64,000 nucleotides of DNA, taken from contig JBHIDX010000005.1 in NCBI GenBank assembly GCA_046760305.1, forward strand, positions 12,150-76,149. Direction: 5' to 3'. The notes beneath the pieces were generated by a model. The model was not told the DNA's origin and made no database searches. It saw only the letters and a program-made list of their open reading frames with translations. This document shows positions 38,307 through 49,277 of this stretch, one piece after another. This stretch comes from Candidatus Aminicenantales bacterium (GTDB taxonomy: Bacteria > Acidobacteriota > Aminicenantia > Aminicenantales > Aminicenantaceae). The position numbers and the translations under genes are program-made. Each line of letters starts with the position of its first letter. Positions within the stretch are counted from its first letter, which is position 1.

Positions 38307-39186
38307 CTCTTTTTAATGCTTCGAGGATGATTTCCGGTTTATCATCTCTTTTATAGGTCCACTTCCTCCGGACTTCCCTTATTTCGTTGAGGTCGATATC
38401 TTCAACGAGAAAGTCTTCTTCGATGTAGTTGGCTCTGGCCAAAAGCTTACCGCTGGGGTTGTAGATGAATGAGCCTCCGGCAAAAATTTTTCCATCCTCA
38501 CTGCCGATGCGATTGCAGTAGATAAGAAAAACAGTGGAAAACCTGGACATGGTCTCTCCCATCAACTCCCACATGTGGCTGGTCTCAAAGCGCTCAGCCT
38601 CAGAGGCTCCACGTCCGGGAGCTGCACTGATGACGATAATCATCTCCGCCCCACCGGCAAAGAGGAGATAGCTTGCTCCATAGTGAAGGAAATCTCTGCA
38701 TATCATCATTCCTGTGGGAGCAAAAGAGGTGGCGAATGTTCTGAAATATTTTCCCTGCGCATAGAATTTTCCTTCTTCGAACATTCCGAAAGTGGGAAGA
38801 AAAACTTTGCGGTGAATATGAAGTATTTTTTCCTTCGACATATACGCTGCCGAGTTGTAGAAAACACCTCTTTCCTTCTCTTCGATGAAACCGACGACAA
38901 GGGAGATTTCCCGGCTGATTTTTTTGAATTCTCTGAAGTATTTATTTTTTTCCGGAGAGAGGGCAACCTCTCCGACTAGATCTTTGAGAGTGTAACCGGT
39001 GAGGCTGAGCTCTGGGAAGACAAGTAGGTCGAGTTTCTCCTTTTTTGCCCTCTCTATCCATTCCAGATGGAGGTCGAAGTTTTTCTCCACATTTCCCAGA
39101 TGAGGGGAGATTTGAGCCAGCCCGATTTTCATGTGAGCAAAATTACCACAAATTCTCACTCTTTTCAACGATAGAGAAGCAAGCAA
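38284..39186 (-). CDS. Carbon-nitrogen hydrolase (nitrilase superfamily), likely glutaminase partner of NadE
   Basis: CN-hydrolase fold with catalytic E (FPEL), K and C (MICRD). Overlaps the nadE start by 23 bp. Confidence 0.8.
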   Translation of the reverse strand: MLASLSLKRVRICGNFAHMKIGLAQISPHLGNVEKNFDLHLEWIERAKKEKLDLLVFPELSLTGYTLKDLVGEVALSPEKNKYFREFKKISREISLVVGFIEEKERGVFYNSAAYMSKEKILHIHRKVFLPTFGMFEEGKFYAQGKYFRTFATSFAPTGMMICRDFLHYGASYLLFAGGAEMIIVISAAPGRGASEAERFETSHMWELMGETMSRFSTVFLIYCNRIGSEDGKIFAGGSFIYNPSGKLLARANYIEEDFLVEDIDLNEIREVRRKWTYKRDDKPEIILEALKRVVSARED

Positions 39187-39245
39187 AGGTTTCTAGAGAT
39201 TTGAAAAATTAGTGTTTTTCGGATATATTTTTTTAAGAGCAAGCA

Positions 39246-40685
39246 ATGAATCACATATCCTATCATCTCAGAGACATTCATTTTAACAGGAAGAGTGGAC
39301 TTCTTACCTTTAGAAGAAACGGCATCGAGAAGACCCTCTGTTTTCAGGAGGGTAATCTGATATTTGCCAAGACCAATCAGGCTGAAGAGAGGCTGGGAGC
39401 CATCCTCCATAAGCTGGGCAAGATTTCTGATGATGTATATTCAAGGATTGATGAGTACATTAAACCCGGCCAAAAAATTGGAGAAACCCTTGTCAAGAGC
39501 GGAGTTATCTCCAAAAAGGACCTCTACGACGGATGGATATCCCAGATGAGAGAGATTGCTCTCAGTATTTTTTCCTATTTTGACGGCGAATTCTCATTCG
39601 AGGAAATGGAGACTTTCCTTGACCAGGAGTTCGAGTCAAGAATAAGCATTCCCTTTCTCATCGAGGACGGAATCAGGCGCATGAAGTTCCACTCCTCTCT
39701 CCTTTCTTTCCTGGAAGGGAAGGTTCCTGTGAAGAAAGGGAAGGTCTATTTTTACCTTCTCACTGAAGTGGAAAAAGAAATCCTCGCTTTAATCGATGGT
39801 AAAACCCCGGCAGATAATATCCTGAGCACTACTGGCTACAGTCCTGAGCTTTTCTGGAAGAGCCTCTACCTCTTTTACTGCCTGGATCTTGTCGATTTAC
39901 TCCCCGGGCGAGAAGAAATTTCCTTTGAAGAAAAGCCAGCAGTTGCTGAGTCCGGGAAGGGAGTCTCAAACGACAGGCTGGCTGGACTGGAAAAAGTCTG
40001 GAGCAGGTTGAGCATCATGGACTATTACCAGCTGCTGAATGTATCACCCACCGCCTCCGAAGAAGAGATAAAGAGAAGTTATTTTGATCTTGCCCGCAAA
40101 TACCATCCTGACTCCTTCGGTCCGGAACTTACACCGGAGCTGAAGGTCAAGGTGGAGCAGGTCTTTGACCACATCACCAAGGCTTATCAGACTCTCACTG
40201 ACAGGAAGAAGAGGGAAGAGTATGAGGCCGCAGCCATGAGAGAACCTGAAGAAGAAGAGCAGGACCTTTCAAGGAAAGCAGATATTAAATTTCGTAAGGC
40301 AAAAACGCTCTATCAGCAGAGGAGATATGAAGATGCTCTTATTCTTCTTGAAGAGGCAGTAAGAATAATCAGAGATAAGGGAAGCTATTTCCTCCTTCTT
40401 GCTCTGGTTGAGTCGAAGCTTCCCAACATGCGCAAGAAAGCCGAGCAAGATTTTTTAAAAGCTATAGAGCTTGAGCCCTGGAATCCTGAGTGCTACGTTG
40501 GGCTTGGGCTTTTCTACAAGAAAGAAGGCCTTAAAGCAAGGTCAATGAAGCAGTTTAAGAAAGCACTCGAACTTGATCCGGAACACACTCTTGCTCTCAA
40601 AGAAATGGAAGAGGCTGGCATGATTAAAAAGAAGAAAGGAATAATGGACATTCTCACCACAGACCTTTTTTCCAGGAAAAAATAA
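39246..40685 (+). CDS. DnaJ (J-domain) protein with N-terminal DUF4388-like domain and C-terminal TPR repeats
   Basis: J domain DYYQLLNVSPTASEEEIKRSYFDLARKYHPD. TPR-like repeats at the C-terminus. No DnaJ zinc finger or C-terminal client domain. Confidence 0.65.
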   Translation: MNHISYHLRDIHFNRKSGLLTFRRNGIEKTLCFQEGNLIFAKTNQAEERLGAILHKLGKISDDVYSRIDEYIKPGQKIGETLVKSGVISKKDLYDGWISQMREIALSIFSYFDGEFSFEEMETFLDQEFESRISIPFLIEDGIRRMKFHSSLLSFLEGKVPVKKGKVYFYLLTEVEKEILALIDGKTPADNILSTTGYSPELFWKSLYLFYCLDLVDLLPGREEISFEEKPAVAESGKGVSNDRLAGLEKVWSRLSIMDYYQLLNVSPTASEEEIKRSYFDLARKYHPDSFGPELTPELKVKVEQVFDHITKAYQTLTDRKKREEYEAAAMREPEEEEQDLSRKADIKFRKAKTLYQQRRYEDALILLEEAVRIIRDKGSYFLLLALVESKLPNMRKKAEQDFLKAIELEPWNPECYVGLGLFYKKEGLKARSMKQFKKALELDPEHTLALKEMEEAGMIKKKKGIMDILTTDLFSRKK

Positions 40686-40692
40686 GGCCGGA

Positions 40693-42714
<2,022 letters not shown>

Positions 42715-42769
42715 CTAAAAATATTGACGCTTATGAATAATTCAGGTTGATATTTTTTCAGGAGGAAAT

Positions 42770-43960
42770 CTAGCTAATTCCCAGTCTGCTCTTTGCTTTT
42801 TCTAGAAGTCTGTTAAAAGCATCCACGTACTTCTGCTGTTTTTCCTTGAGTTTTTCTATTTCAGCCTGTGATTTCTCGATATCTGCCGCGAAATCATTGA
42901 GTATTTTTTGCTGTTTCTTGGTCAGCTCTTTTCCCTCGTTCTCCTCGACTTTCAAGTTGTAGATGTCGATGAGCTCTTCCAGCTTTTTGTTTTTATCAAC
43001 GATTTCTTTGGCCAGTTTGTTGTATTCTCTGTTTTCCGGCATGTTGAAGAATAAGCTTTCTGCATACTCCCTTGCTTTTTGGGAATGAGCTGGCGAGAGA
43101 AAGCTGGCTTCAAGCAGGTAGATGATAGCTTCTTCGGTCAGGGATGAGTCTGATTTTGCGTCTTGGGCAAGGATGATGCCGATGTTGTAGGCAATCTCTC
43201 CGCTTTTTTTCTTTTCGTAGGCTTTTTTGAAGTAAGTCAGCGCATCGTCTTTCTTACCGTTCTTGTAGAGGCTCTTGGCATAGAAGGCATAGCTGTCAAA
43301 GTCCCTGAGATACATGCTTGCGAACTGGAATGCTTCCTCAGCTTCCTTGTAAAACTTGAAATCATACAGTGCTTTCCCTGCTTTTTTCAGGTCTTTGAGT
43401 ATTTGAGGGTTCTTGAGTATCTCGTAGGATTTTTTGTAAGAGCTGACAGCACCTTTATGCTGCTTCGCCTTTTCCTGGGCTTGGGCATGCGTGTAGTAGG
43501 CAGCTCCCATGAGTTGTTTCCACTGGGTGGGGGGGGTTGTTGAGGATTCTTTACTCATATTGACACGCGCAATGTCGATAGCCTGCATAGCATAGTTTTT
43601 CGCTTTTTCCAGATTCTTTCCCATTTTGGTGTAGATGGAGGCAAGAGTGATGTAGAGCTGAATTCTGGTGGCATCATCCAAGCCTCCTACTGTTAGGGCT
43701 GTTTCTCCATAATCCACGGCTTCGCTGAGTTTATTCGTCTGGGAGCTGAAGAGACAGAGATAAGCATAGACGTAGTTTTCGTGTTCGGTTCCCTGTCCTT
43801 TGTATCGGGCGAGGTAGTCCTTGAGGAGCTGAATTTTTTGCTGAATCGAAGGAGCGGACATGGCCTTAATGTAGTCCTGGTAGGCTGAGTTTTCCTGGCC
43901 GAAGACGAAAATGCAGAGGAGAAGGAATAGAATTAGTGAAATTAACACGATTTTTTTCAT
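42770..43960 (-). CDS. Secreted TPR-repeat protein with C-terminal coiled coil
   Basis: Signal peptide. Multiple TPR-like repeats. KE-rich coiled-coil tail. Confidence 0.55.
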   Translation of the reverse strand: MKKIVLISLILFLLLCIFVFGQENSAYQDYIKAMSAPSIQQKIQLLKDYLARYKGQGTEHENYVYAYLCLFSSQTNKLSEAVDYGETALTVGGLDDATRIQLYITLASIYTKMGKNLEKAKNYAMQAIDIARVNMSKESSTTPPTQWKQLMGAAYYTHAQAQEKAKQHKGAVSSYKKSYEILKNPQILKDLKKAGKALYDFKFYKEAEEAFQFASMYLRDFDSYAFYAKSLYKNGKKDDALTYFKKAYEKKKSGEIAYNIGIILAQDAKSDSSLTEEAIIYLLEASFLSPAHSQKAREYAESLFFNMPENREYNKLAKEIVDKNKKLEELIDIYNLKVEENEGKELTKKQQKILNDFAADIEKSQAEIEKLKEKQQKYVDAFNRLLEKAKSRLGIS

Positions 43961-44100
43961 CTCTTACCTCTTTGAGAATTTTTTTTGCATCATAGCTTCC
44001 ATGAATTTTAATGTCAACATCTCTTCTTATTATATTATAAAATAAAATTTATAAGTAAACTATAATTCACCATTGTTGAGAGCAAAATTCATGCCAATTT

Positions 44101-44292
44101 AAGTGGGACATGATACCTATTTCCTAATTTTTTTCCTATCTTTTGAGAATTCCCGAAAACCATCTGCATCTCATCGCACTCGACTTCTCCTCCAACAAGA
44201 AAGATGCGGGCGGCCGATGATAAAAAGAAAACCTGGGAGACCGAGAAAGGAAACCACAGAGAAAAATAGGAAATAGGTATCATGTCCCACTT
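44101..44292. repeat. 192-bp element bounded by perfect 24-bp inverted repeats (MITE-like or large-hairpin element)
   Basis: AAGTGGGACATGATACCTATTTCC at 44101-44124 and its exact reverse complement at 44269-44292, separated by 144 bp. Lies in the divergent intergenic region upstream of murB. Confidence 0.5.
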
Positions 44293-44331
44293 TTTTTTAT
44301 TTGGGCTATCCGGTAGAATAAGAAAAACCAG

Positions 44332-45270
44332 ATGAACATAAGAGATTTTTGTTCCGACTTTGAGAAGAAGATCGGAAGGCCCGTGGAGAAGGGAGTTCTA
44401 CTCAGCCGATACTCGAATTTTCGTATTGGAGGGGAAGCGGATTTATTTTTTGAGGCTGGATCTCTTTTCCAGCTCAAAAAGTCAATCGAGCTTGCCCGCC
44501 AGCATTCTATTCCTTTTTACCTCATCGGAGGCGGGTATAATCTTCTTTTTGATGATCAAGGCTTTCGCGGCCTTATCATCAAGAACAGTGTGAAGGGAAT
44601 TAAGCTTCTCTCGAGCAATGAAGTGGAGGTTCTCGCAGGCACTTCTCTTGAGGGGTTTTTAACCTTCCTTGAAGAACACAGTTTTTCGGGCTTCGAGTTT
44701 TTGGCAGGGATTCCTGGTTCAGTCGGTGGTGCCCTCTTCGGCAATGCCGGTGCTTTTAACAGGAGTGTTGGAGAATTCATGCTCCGGGCTGTTGTTCTTG
44801 ATAGAGAAGGCAGGGAGAGGACTGTTGATAGAGACTCCTTCAGGTTTCAGTACAGGAAGAGTATTCTCCAGGAAAAACACGAGACACTCCTTGTAGCGGT
44901 TTTTTCTCTACACAAAGGAGAGCGGCAGAGAATAAGGGAAAGGATCGAGCGTAATTTAAAAAAAAGAGTGTCGAAGCACCCACCCCCTGGTACTGCCTGT
45001 GCTGGAAGCTATTTCAAAAATCCTGTGCTTCCTGATGGCAGAAAGCTGGCAGCTGGTGAACTTCTCGAGCGAGCAGGGGCAAAAGGGCTCAGGGTAGGGG
45101 GAGCCACAGTCTTCCCCGGCCATGCAAATTTTATCGTTAATCAGGGTGGAGCCACGGCCCGGGATGTCCTCGAGCTTGCTCGTCTCCTCAAGGAGAAGGT
45201 GAGGGAGGAATTCGGAATACAACTGGAGGAGGAAGTTATTTTCCTTCCAGCAACTTCCTCAATGCCTTAA
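44332..45270 (+). CDS. murB: UDP-N-acetylenolpyruvoylglucosamine reductase
   Basis: FAD-binding PCMH domain (RIGGEADLF, LIGGGYNLL). C-terminal MurB domain. Confidence 0.85.
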   Translation: MNIRDFCSDFEKKIGRPVEKGVLLSRYSNFRIGGEADLFFEAGSLFQLKKSIELARQHSIPFYLIGGGYNLLFDDQGFRGLIIKNSVKGIKLLSSNEVEVLAGTSLEGFLTFLEEHSFSGFEFLAGIPGSVGGALFGNAGAFNRSVGEFMLRAVVLDREGRERTVDRDSFRFQYRKSILQEKHETLLVAVFSLHKGERQRIRERIERNLKKRVSKHPPPGTACAGSYFKNPVLPDGRKLAAGELLERAGAKGLRVGGATVFPGHANFIVNQGGATARDVLELARLLKEKVREEFGIQLEEEVIFLPATSSMP

Positions 45271-46102
45271 TTTTTTTCGAGGGTATTTTCCTCTCTTCGG
45301 TGATATTAAGGGCATAGAGAGCAAGTCTACGGTAAAGTTCGGATAATTTAGGGAATTTTTTGAGTGCCTCGAGGTGGCTGCGGACAGATTCTGTGTCACC
45401 GCGGACAACAGGCCCTGTAAGGGCGCCGCGAATGTCAAAATCTTTTACATTCTGTAAAGTTCCTTCGACCAGGGGGGTGAGGAGGCTGGTTGCCTGGCCA
45501 GGTGCAATGCCCGCACTTTCCAGCAGGGAAGAGGCCATATCCAGAAGAACAACGAAGAAATTTGATGCCAGGCTGCAGGCAAGATGATAGAGTACTTTAT
45601 CCTCAGCTCTCAGGACGAGCGGACTCCCTCCCAGTTCACTGGCAATTTTACACGCTCTATCCACGGCTTTTTCATTTCCTTCGAGAGCAAAAAATATTCC
45701 TCTGAAAAGCTTATCATCGGCCTTCCTTGAGGAGAAAGATTGGGCGGGATGAAAAGTGCCGGTCAGGGCACCTTTCTCCTCCAGCTTGTCCAGGAGGGCT
45801 GCGGGAAGAAGGCCGCTGCAGTGGTAGACATATCTATCTTTCCACTCGAGCTCTGAGGAGGCAAGTTCAGCTCCCACGCTCGGGATTTCATTATCCGGCA
45901 CACAGATAAAAATGAGCTTGCCCCTGGAAGCGGCCAGGATATTGTCGGTAAGAGCTTCCCCTTGTCTGATTATCCGCCTGCTTTTCCTCACAGAGGAGAG
46001 GCTGCGGCAGGTCAGAGCTCTGATGGTGTATCCCTTCCTGGATAGAGCATATCCGAGAGATGTACCAAGATTACCGGCACCGATGATAACGACATTATTC
46101 AT
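45236..46102 (-). CDS. Rossmann-fold NAD(P)-binding protein with DUF2520-like C-terminal domain
   Basis: VVIIGAGNLG dinucleotide motif. ProC/F420-dependent-reductase-like N-terminus. 35-bp convergent overlap with murB. Confidence 0.6.
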   Translation of the reverse strand: MNNVVIIGAGNLGTSLGYALSRKGYTIRALTCRSLSSVRKSRRIIRQGEALTDNILAASRGKLIFICVPDNEIPSVGAELASSELEWKDRYVYHCSGLLPAALLDKLEEKGALTGTFHPAQSFSSRKADDKLFRGIFFALEGNEKAVDRACKIASELGGSPLVLRAEDKVLYHLACSLASNFFVVLLDMASSLLESAGIAPGQATSLLTPLVEGTLQNVKDFDIRGALTGPVVRGDTESVRSHLEALKKFPKLSELYRRLALYALNITEERKIPSKKIKALRKLLEGK

Positions 46103-46578
46103 CGTTTCTTTTTGAACACTTCCAGCCAGTGAGCTGTTTCCAGGCGCGTGGGAGAAGGGAAGTTCTTTTTCTCATCCAGCTTATTTCTGTAGACCTTCAG
46201 GGCTTTTCTCAGTTCGCGGTTAAATTCTTCACAGCGGAGTGATCTAGCTCCTTTTGATTGAGTGTAACTGCGGATAGCTCGGTCCGAGCTCACCACGTAA
46301 AACCTCCTCAGATCACTCTCTCTGGAGATTATCTCTTTTATCCTCTCGTCAGCATTTTCACCCGGATGAGGGAAGAGGAGGTTGAACCTCCTGGTTCTCA
46401 GTTTTTGGGATATCAGTTCAAGCTGAGGAGCACCATCAAAAACAAGGATAATTCTTGTGTTTTTTATCTCCTGAAACTTGAGGAGTTTGGCGATAAGATT
46501 CTGCCTTGTTCTGAGGCTGTTCCTGGTTGAAGGGGAAGTGTATCCCAGGAAATTATTGCCATCGATGAGATAAGCCAC
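46099..46578 (-). CDS. NYN-domain (YacP-like) predicted RNA-binding/ribonuclease protein
   Basis: N-terminal AYLIDGNNFLG and VVFDG motifs of the YacP/NYN family. GTG start. Confidence 0.6.
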   Translation of the reverse strand: MAYLIDGNNFLGYTSPSTRNSLRTRQNLIAKLLKFQEIKNTRIILVFDGAPQLELISQKLRTRRFNLLFPHPGENADERIKEIISRESDLRRFYVVSSDRAIRSYTQSKGARSLRCEEFNRELRKALKVYRNKLDEKKNFPSPTRLETAHWLEVFKKKR

Positions 46579-46766
46579 TAGCCTGAACTATTCATAAAAA
46601 ATGCCCCATGTCATTGCGAGCGACCGAAGGAAGCGCGGCAATCCCATCATATCCGCTATAAGGCAGATGATTGCCACCTCGCTTAATGCAGGGGATTGCC
46701 TCCTCTCTCTTTTCCCCGCATGACAACGTGGATGAAATTCGAAGTCCTGTCACTTTGGGACAAAGC

Positions 46767-47420
46767 CTAAAGATTGTAGGATTCTCCAGGCTTAAGGATT
46801 ACTACCTCTGCCTTGTCCCCCACTCTGTGCTTGAATTCCTGAGGGTCAGTGTTGATAATGGGAAATGTTCCAAAGTGAACTGGAATGACAACCTTTGAGT
46901 TAATGAGTTCAACGGCCTTTACAGCCGAGGGAATCCCCATTGTGTAGCGGTCTCCGATGGGTAAAAAACTCAGATCAGGTTTGAAAAATTCGCCGATGAG
47001 TTTCATGTCATAAGTAAGGCCGGTGTCTCCGGCGTGGTAGATTGTCTTGCCGTCGAGTTGGACAACAACACCCGCCGGATCTCCTTTCTCAGCAGAGTGG
47101 AGGGCAGTGACCATGTGAATTTTAATTCCTTTTACCTCAACAGTGCCTCCCACGTTCATCCCTTCGGCAGTGATGCCTTCTTGCTCGGCTTCGACTGCAA
47201 TCTCGTGTATTCCTACGAGTGTGGCTCCGGTTTTCTTGCAGATGGCAAATGCATCTCCGAGGTGATCGCTGTGATAATGGGTGACGATGACCACGTCAGC
47301 CTCCTCTATCTCATCGGGTGCTGTGGAGGCTGCAGGGTTTCCGGTGAGAAAGGGGTCGAGGAAGATTGTCTTTGTGCCCTTAATCTTTACGCCAGAATGT
47401 CCAAGCCAGGTAATCTCCAT
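46767..47420 (-). CDS. MBL-fold metallo-hydrolase
   Basis: VTHYHSDHLGD motif. 217 aa. Confidence 0.8.
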   Translation of the reverse strand: MEITWLGHSGVKIKGTKTIFLDPFLTGNPAASTAPDEIEEADVVIVTHYHSDHLGDAFAICKKTGATLVGIHEIAVEAEQEGITAEGMNVGGTVEVKGIKIHMVTALHSAEKGDPAGVVVQLDGKTIYHAGDTGLTYDMKLIGEFFKPDLSFLPIGDRYTMGIPSAVKAVELINSKVVIPVHFGTFPIINTDPQEFKHRVGDKAEVVILKPGESYNL

Positions 47421-47490
47421 TATCTTTCCTCCTTTGAATTTCTTCCTTGAGAATGAATGTTAAATGTATTAATTTTTTTCTTTTATCAGC

Positions 47491-47835
47491 TTATCCGGGA
47501 GGCCATTGCATCCTTCTTCCCCCAAGAAGGTGGAAATGTATGTGGAAGACTGCCTGTCCGGAGTCTTTTCCAGTGTTGAGCACTATTCTGAAACCATTTT
47601 CTGAAATGCCTTTCTCCTCGGCAATCTTTCTTGCCTGGAGGAGGATTTCTGCCAGAATATCCTTTTTCTCCTCAGGAATTTCCTTGAGTGAATCAAAGTG
47701 TCCTTTGGGAATGAGGAGGATGTGGACCGGGGCCTGAGGGTTGATGTCTTCAAAAGCAAGCAGTCTTTCATTCTCAAAGACAACTTTTGTCGGTATTTCT
47801 CTTTTCACCATTTTACAGAAAAGGCAGTTTTGCAT
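47491..47835 (-). CDS. HIT family protein (histidine triad nucleotide-binding)
   Basis: CLFCKM N-terminus. HIHFHLLGG histidine triad. Confidence 0.85.
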   Translation of the reverse strand: MQNCLFCKMVKREIPTKVVFENERLLAFEDINPQAPVHILLIPKGHFDSLKEIPEEKKDILAEILLQARKIAEEKGISENGFRIVLNTGKDSGQAVFHIHFHLLGGRRMQWPPG

Positions 47836-49108
47836 GTTGTGAATTCTCCTCTTTTATTCTTTCTATCTTGGCTCCTAGAGATTTAAGTTTCTTTTCCAGC
47901 TTCTCATAACCTCTGTCCAGATGTTCAGCCTCATTGATTACTGTTTCTCCGCTAGCAATAAGACCGGCCAGCACGAGTGAGGCAGAGGCTCGCAGGTCTG
48001 TGGCCATTATTTCCGCCCCTGAGAGCGGTGTTTTACCTTTGACCACAGCTTTATCTCCCCTGACTTCGATATCCGCGCCCAGGCGCAGTAATTCATTCAC
48101 GTGGGAAAATCTTCGGTCAAAAATTGTTTCGGTTATGATTGAGCGTCCATAGGCCTGGGTCATGAGGACCATGAACTGAGCCTGCATATCAGTGGGGAAA
48201 CCAGGGTAGGAGGAGGTGGTAATATCCTGGGGCCTGATTTCCTGAGTCCCTGTTACTCGGAGGGAGTTATTTCCTGTTTGGGTAATTTTTGCTCCAGAGT
48301 AGCGGAGCTTTTCTATGATTGTCTCGAGATGAGCTGGTTCGACCTGTTTCAGTTCGATTTCACCGCAGGTCAGGGCTCCTCCGACAAGGAAAGTGCCGGC
48401 CTCTATCCGATCAGGAATAATATCGTGGCTGGCTCCCCCCAGTTCCTTCACTCCTTTGATGCGAATTGTTTCCTGCCCGATTCCCTCGATTTTCGCTCCC
48501 ATTTTCACCAGGAGTGAACAGAGGTTGGGAATCTCGGGTTCCAGGGCACAGTTTTTTAGGACTGTCTCTCCCTTGGCAAGAGCGGCAGCCATGATAAGGT
48601 TTTCTGTTCCTCCGACTGTCCTTTTCTCGAATGTTATTTCCTTTCCGCAGAGGCTTGATGCCTCAGCCTTAATGTAGCCGTGTTCGAGTCTTATTCGAGC
48701 CCCGAGTTTTTCCAGTCCATGTATGTGGAGGTCAATCGGCCGCGAGCCGATAGCACACCCTCCAGGAAGGGCAACCACTGCTTTACCGTAGCGGGCAAGA
48801 AGGGGTCCCAGGACGAGGATAGAAGCCCTCATCGCTCTTACCAGGCCGTACGAGGCTTCATAAGAGGAGATTCTTTTCGTCTGGATGGTCAAGGAATTGC
48901 CGCTGATTTTGTATTCAGACCCGAGTTCTTTCATCAGGGTAAGCATGGTGTAAACATCTTTAACCAGAGGGATGTTTTTAAGGTAGATTTTTTCGCTCGT
49001 GAGCAATGAGGCAGCTATGGTGGGCAGGACTGCATTCTTAGCCCCGCTGATCCTCACTTTTCCTCGGAGAGGGTCGTGGTTATCTCTTACAATACGGATT
49101 TTTTCCAT
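47813..49108 (-). CDS. murA: UDP-N-acetylglucosamine 1-carboxyvinyltransferase
   Basis: GAKNAVLP motif near the N-terminus. EPSP-synthase-like fold length (431 aa). Catalytic Cys region ALPGGCAIG. Confidence 0.9.
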   Translation of the reverse strand: MEKIRIVRDNHDPLRGKVRISGAKNAVLPTIAASLLTSEKIYLKNIPLVKDVYTMLTLMKELGSEYKISGNSLTIQTKRISSYEASYGLVRAMRASILVLGPLLARYGKAVVALPGGCAIGSRPIDLHIHGLEKLGARIRLEHGYIKAEASSLCGKEITFEKRTVGGTENLIMAAALAKGETVLKNCALEPEIPNLCSLLVKMGAKIEGIGQETIRIKGVKELGGASHDIIPDRIEAGTFLVGGALTCGEIELKQVEPAHLETIIEKLRYSGAKITQTGNNSLRVTGTQEIRPQDITTSSYPGFPTDMQAQFMVLMTQAYGRSIITETIFDRRFSHVNELLRLGADIEVRGDKAVVKGKTPLSGAEIMATDLRASASLVLAGLIASGETVINEAEHLDRGYEKLEKKLKSLGAKIERIKEENSQHAKLPFL

Positions 49109-49277
49109 TGCTCACATTCTAGAATAATAGCCGTAAAAATTCAACCAAACGCTGGGACAAAAAGGTGAGCTTGACTTAGTTCGGCACTTCCTTTATACAT
49201 CTGAAAAGGAAATCGACCAGGGGCATTTTTCGTGATTTCCGGCTGATGCTAAACAAATTTTTCAGGGAGGGAAGAAA

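Noticed and set aside
44101-44292. Considered whether the repeated 24-mers could be a CRISPR array
   Set aside because: There are only two copies and they are in inverted, not direct, orientation. No cas genes are nearby.
46618-46650. GTCATTGCGAGCGACCGAAGGAAGCGCGGCAATCC as a REP-like palindromic repeat
   Set aside because: Only a partial, imperfect palindrome and a single copy in this window. Folded into the half-site observation instead.
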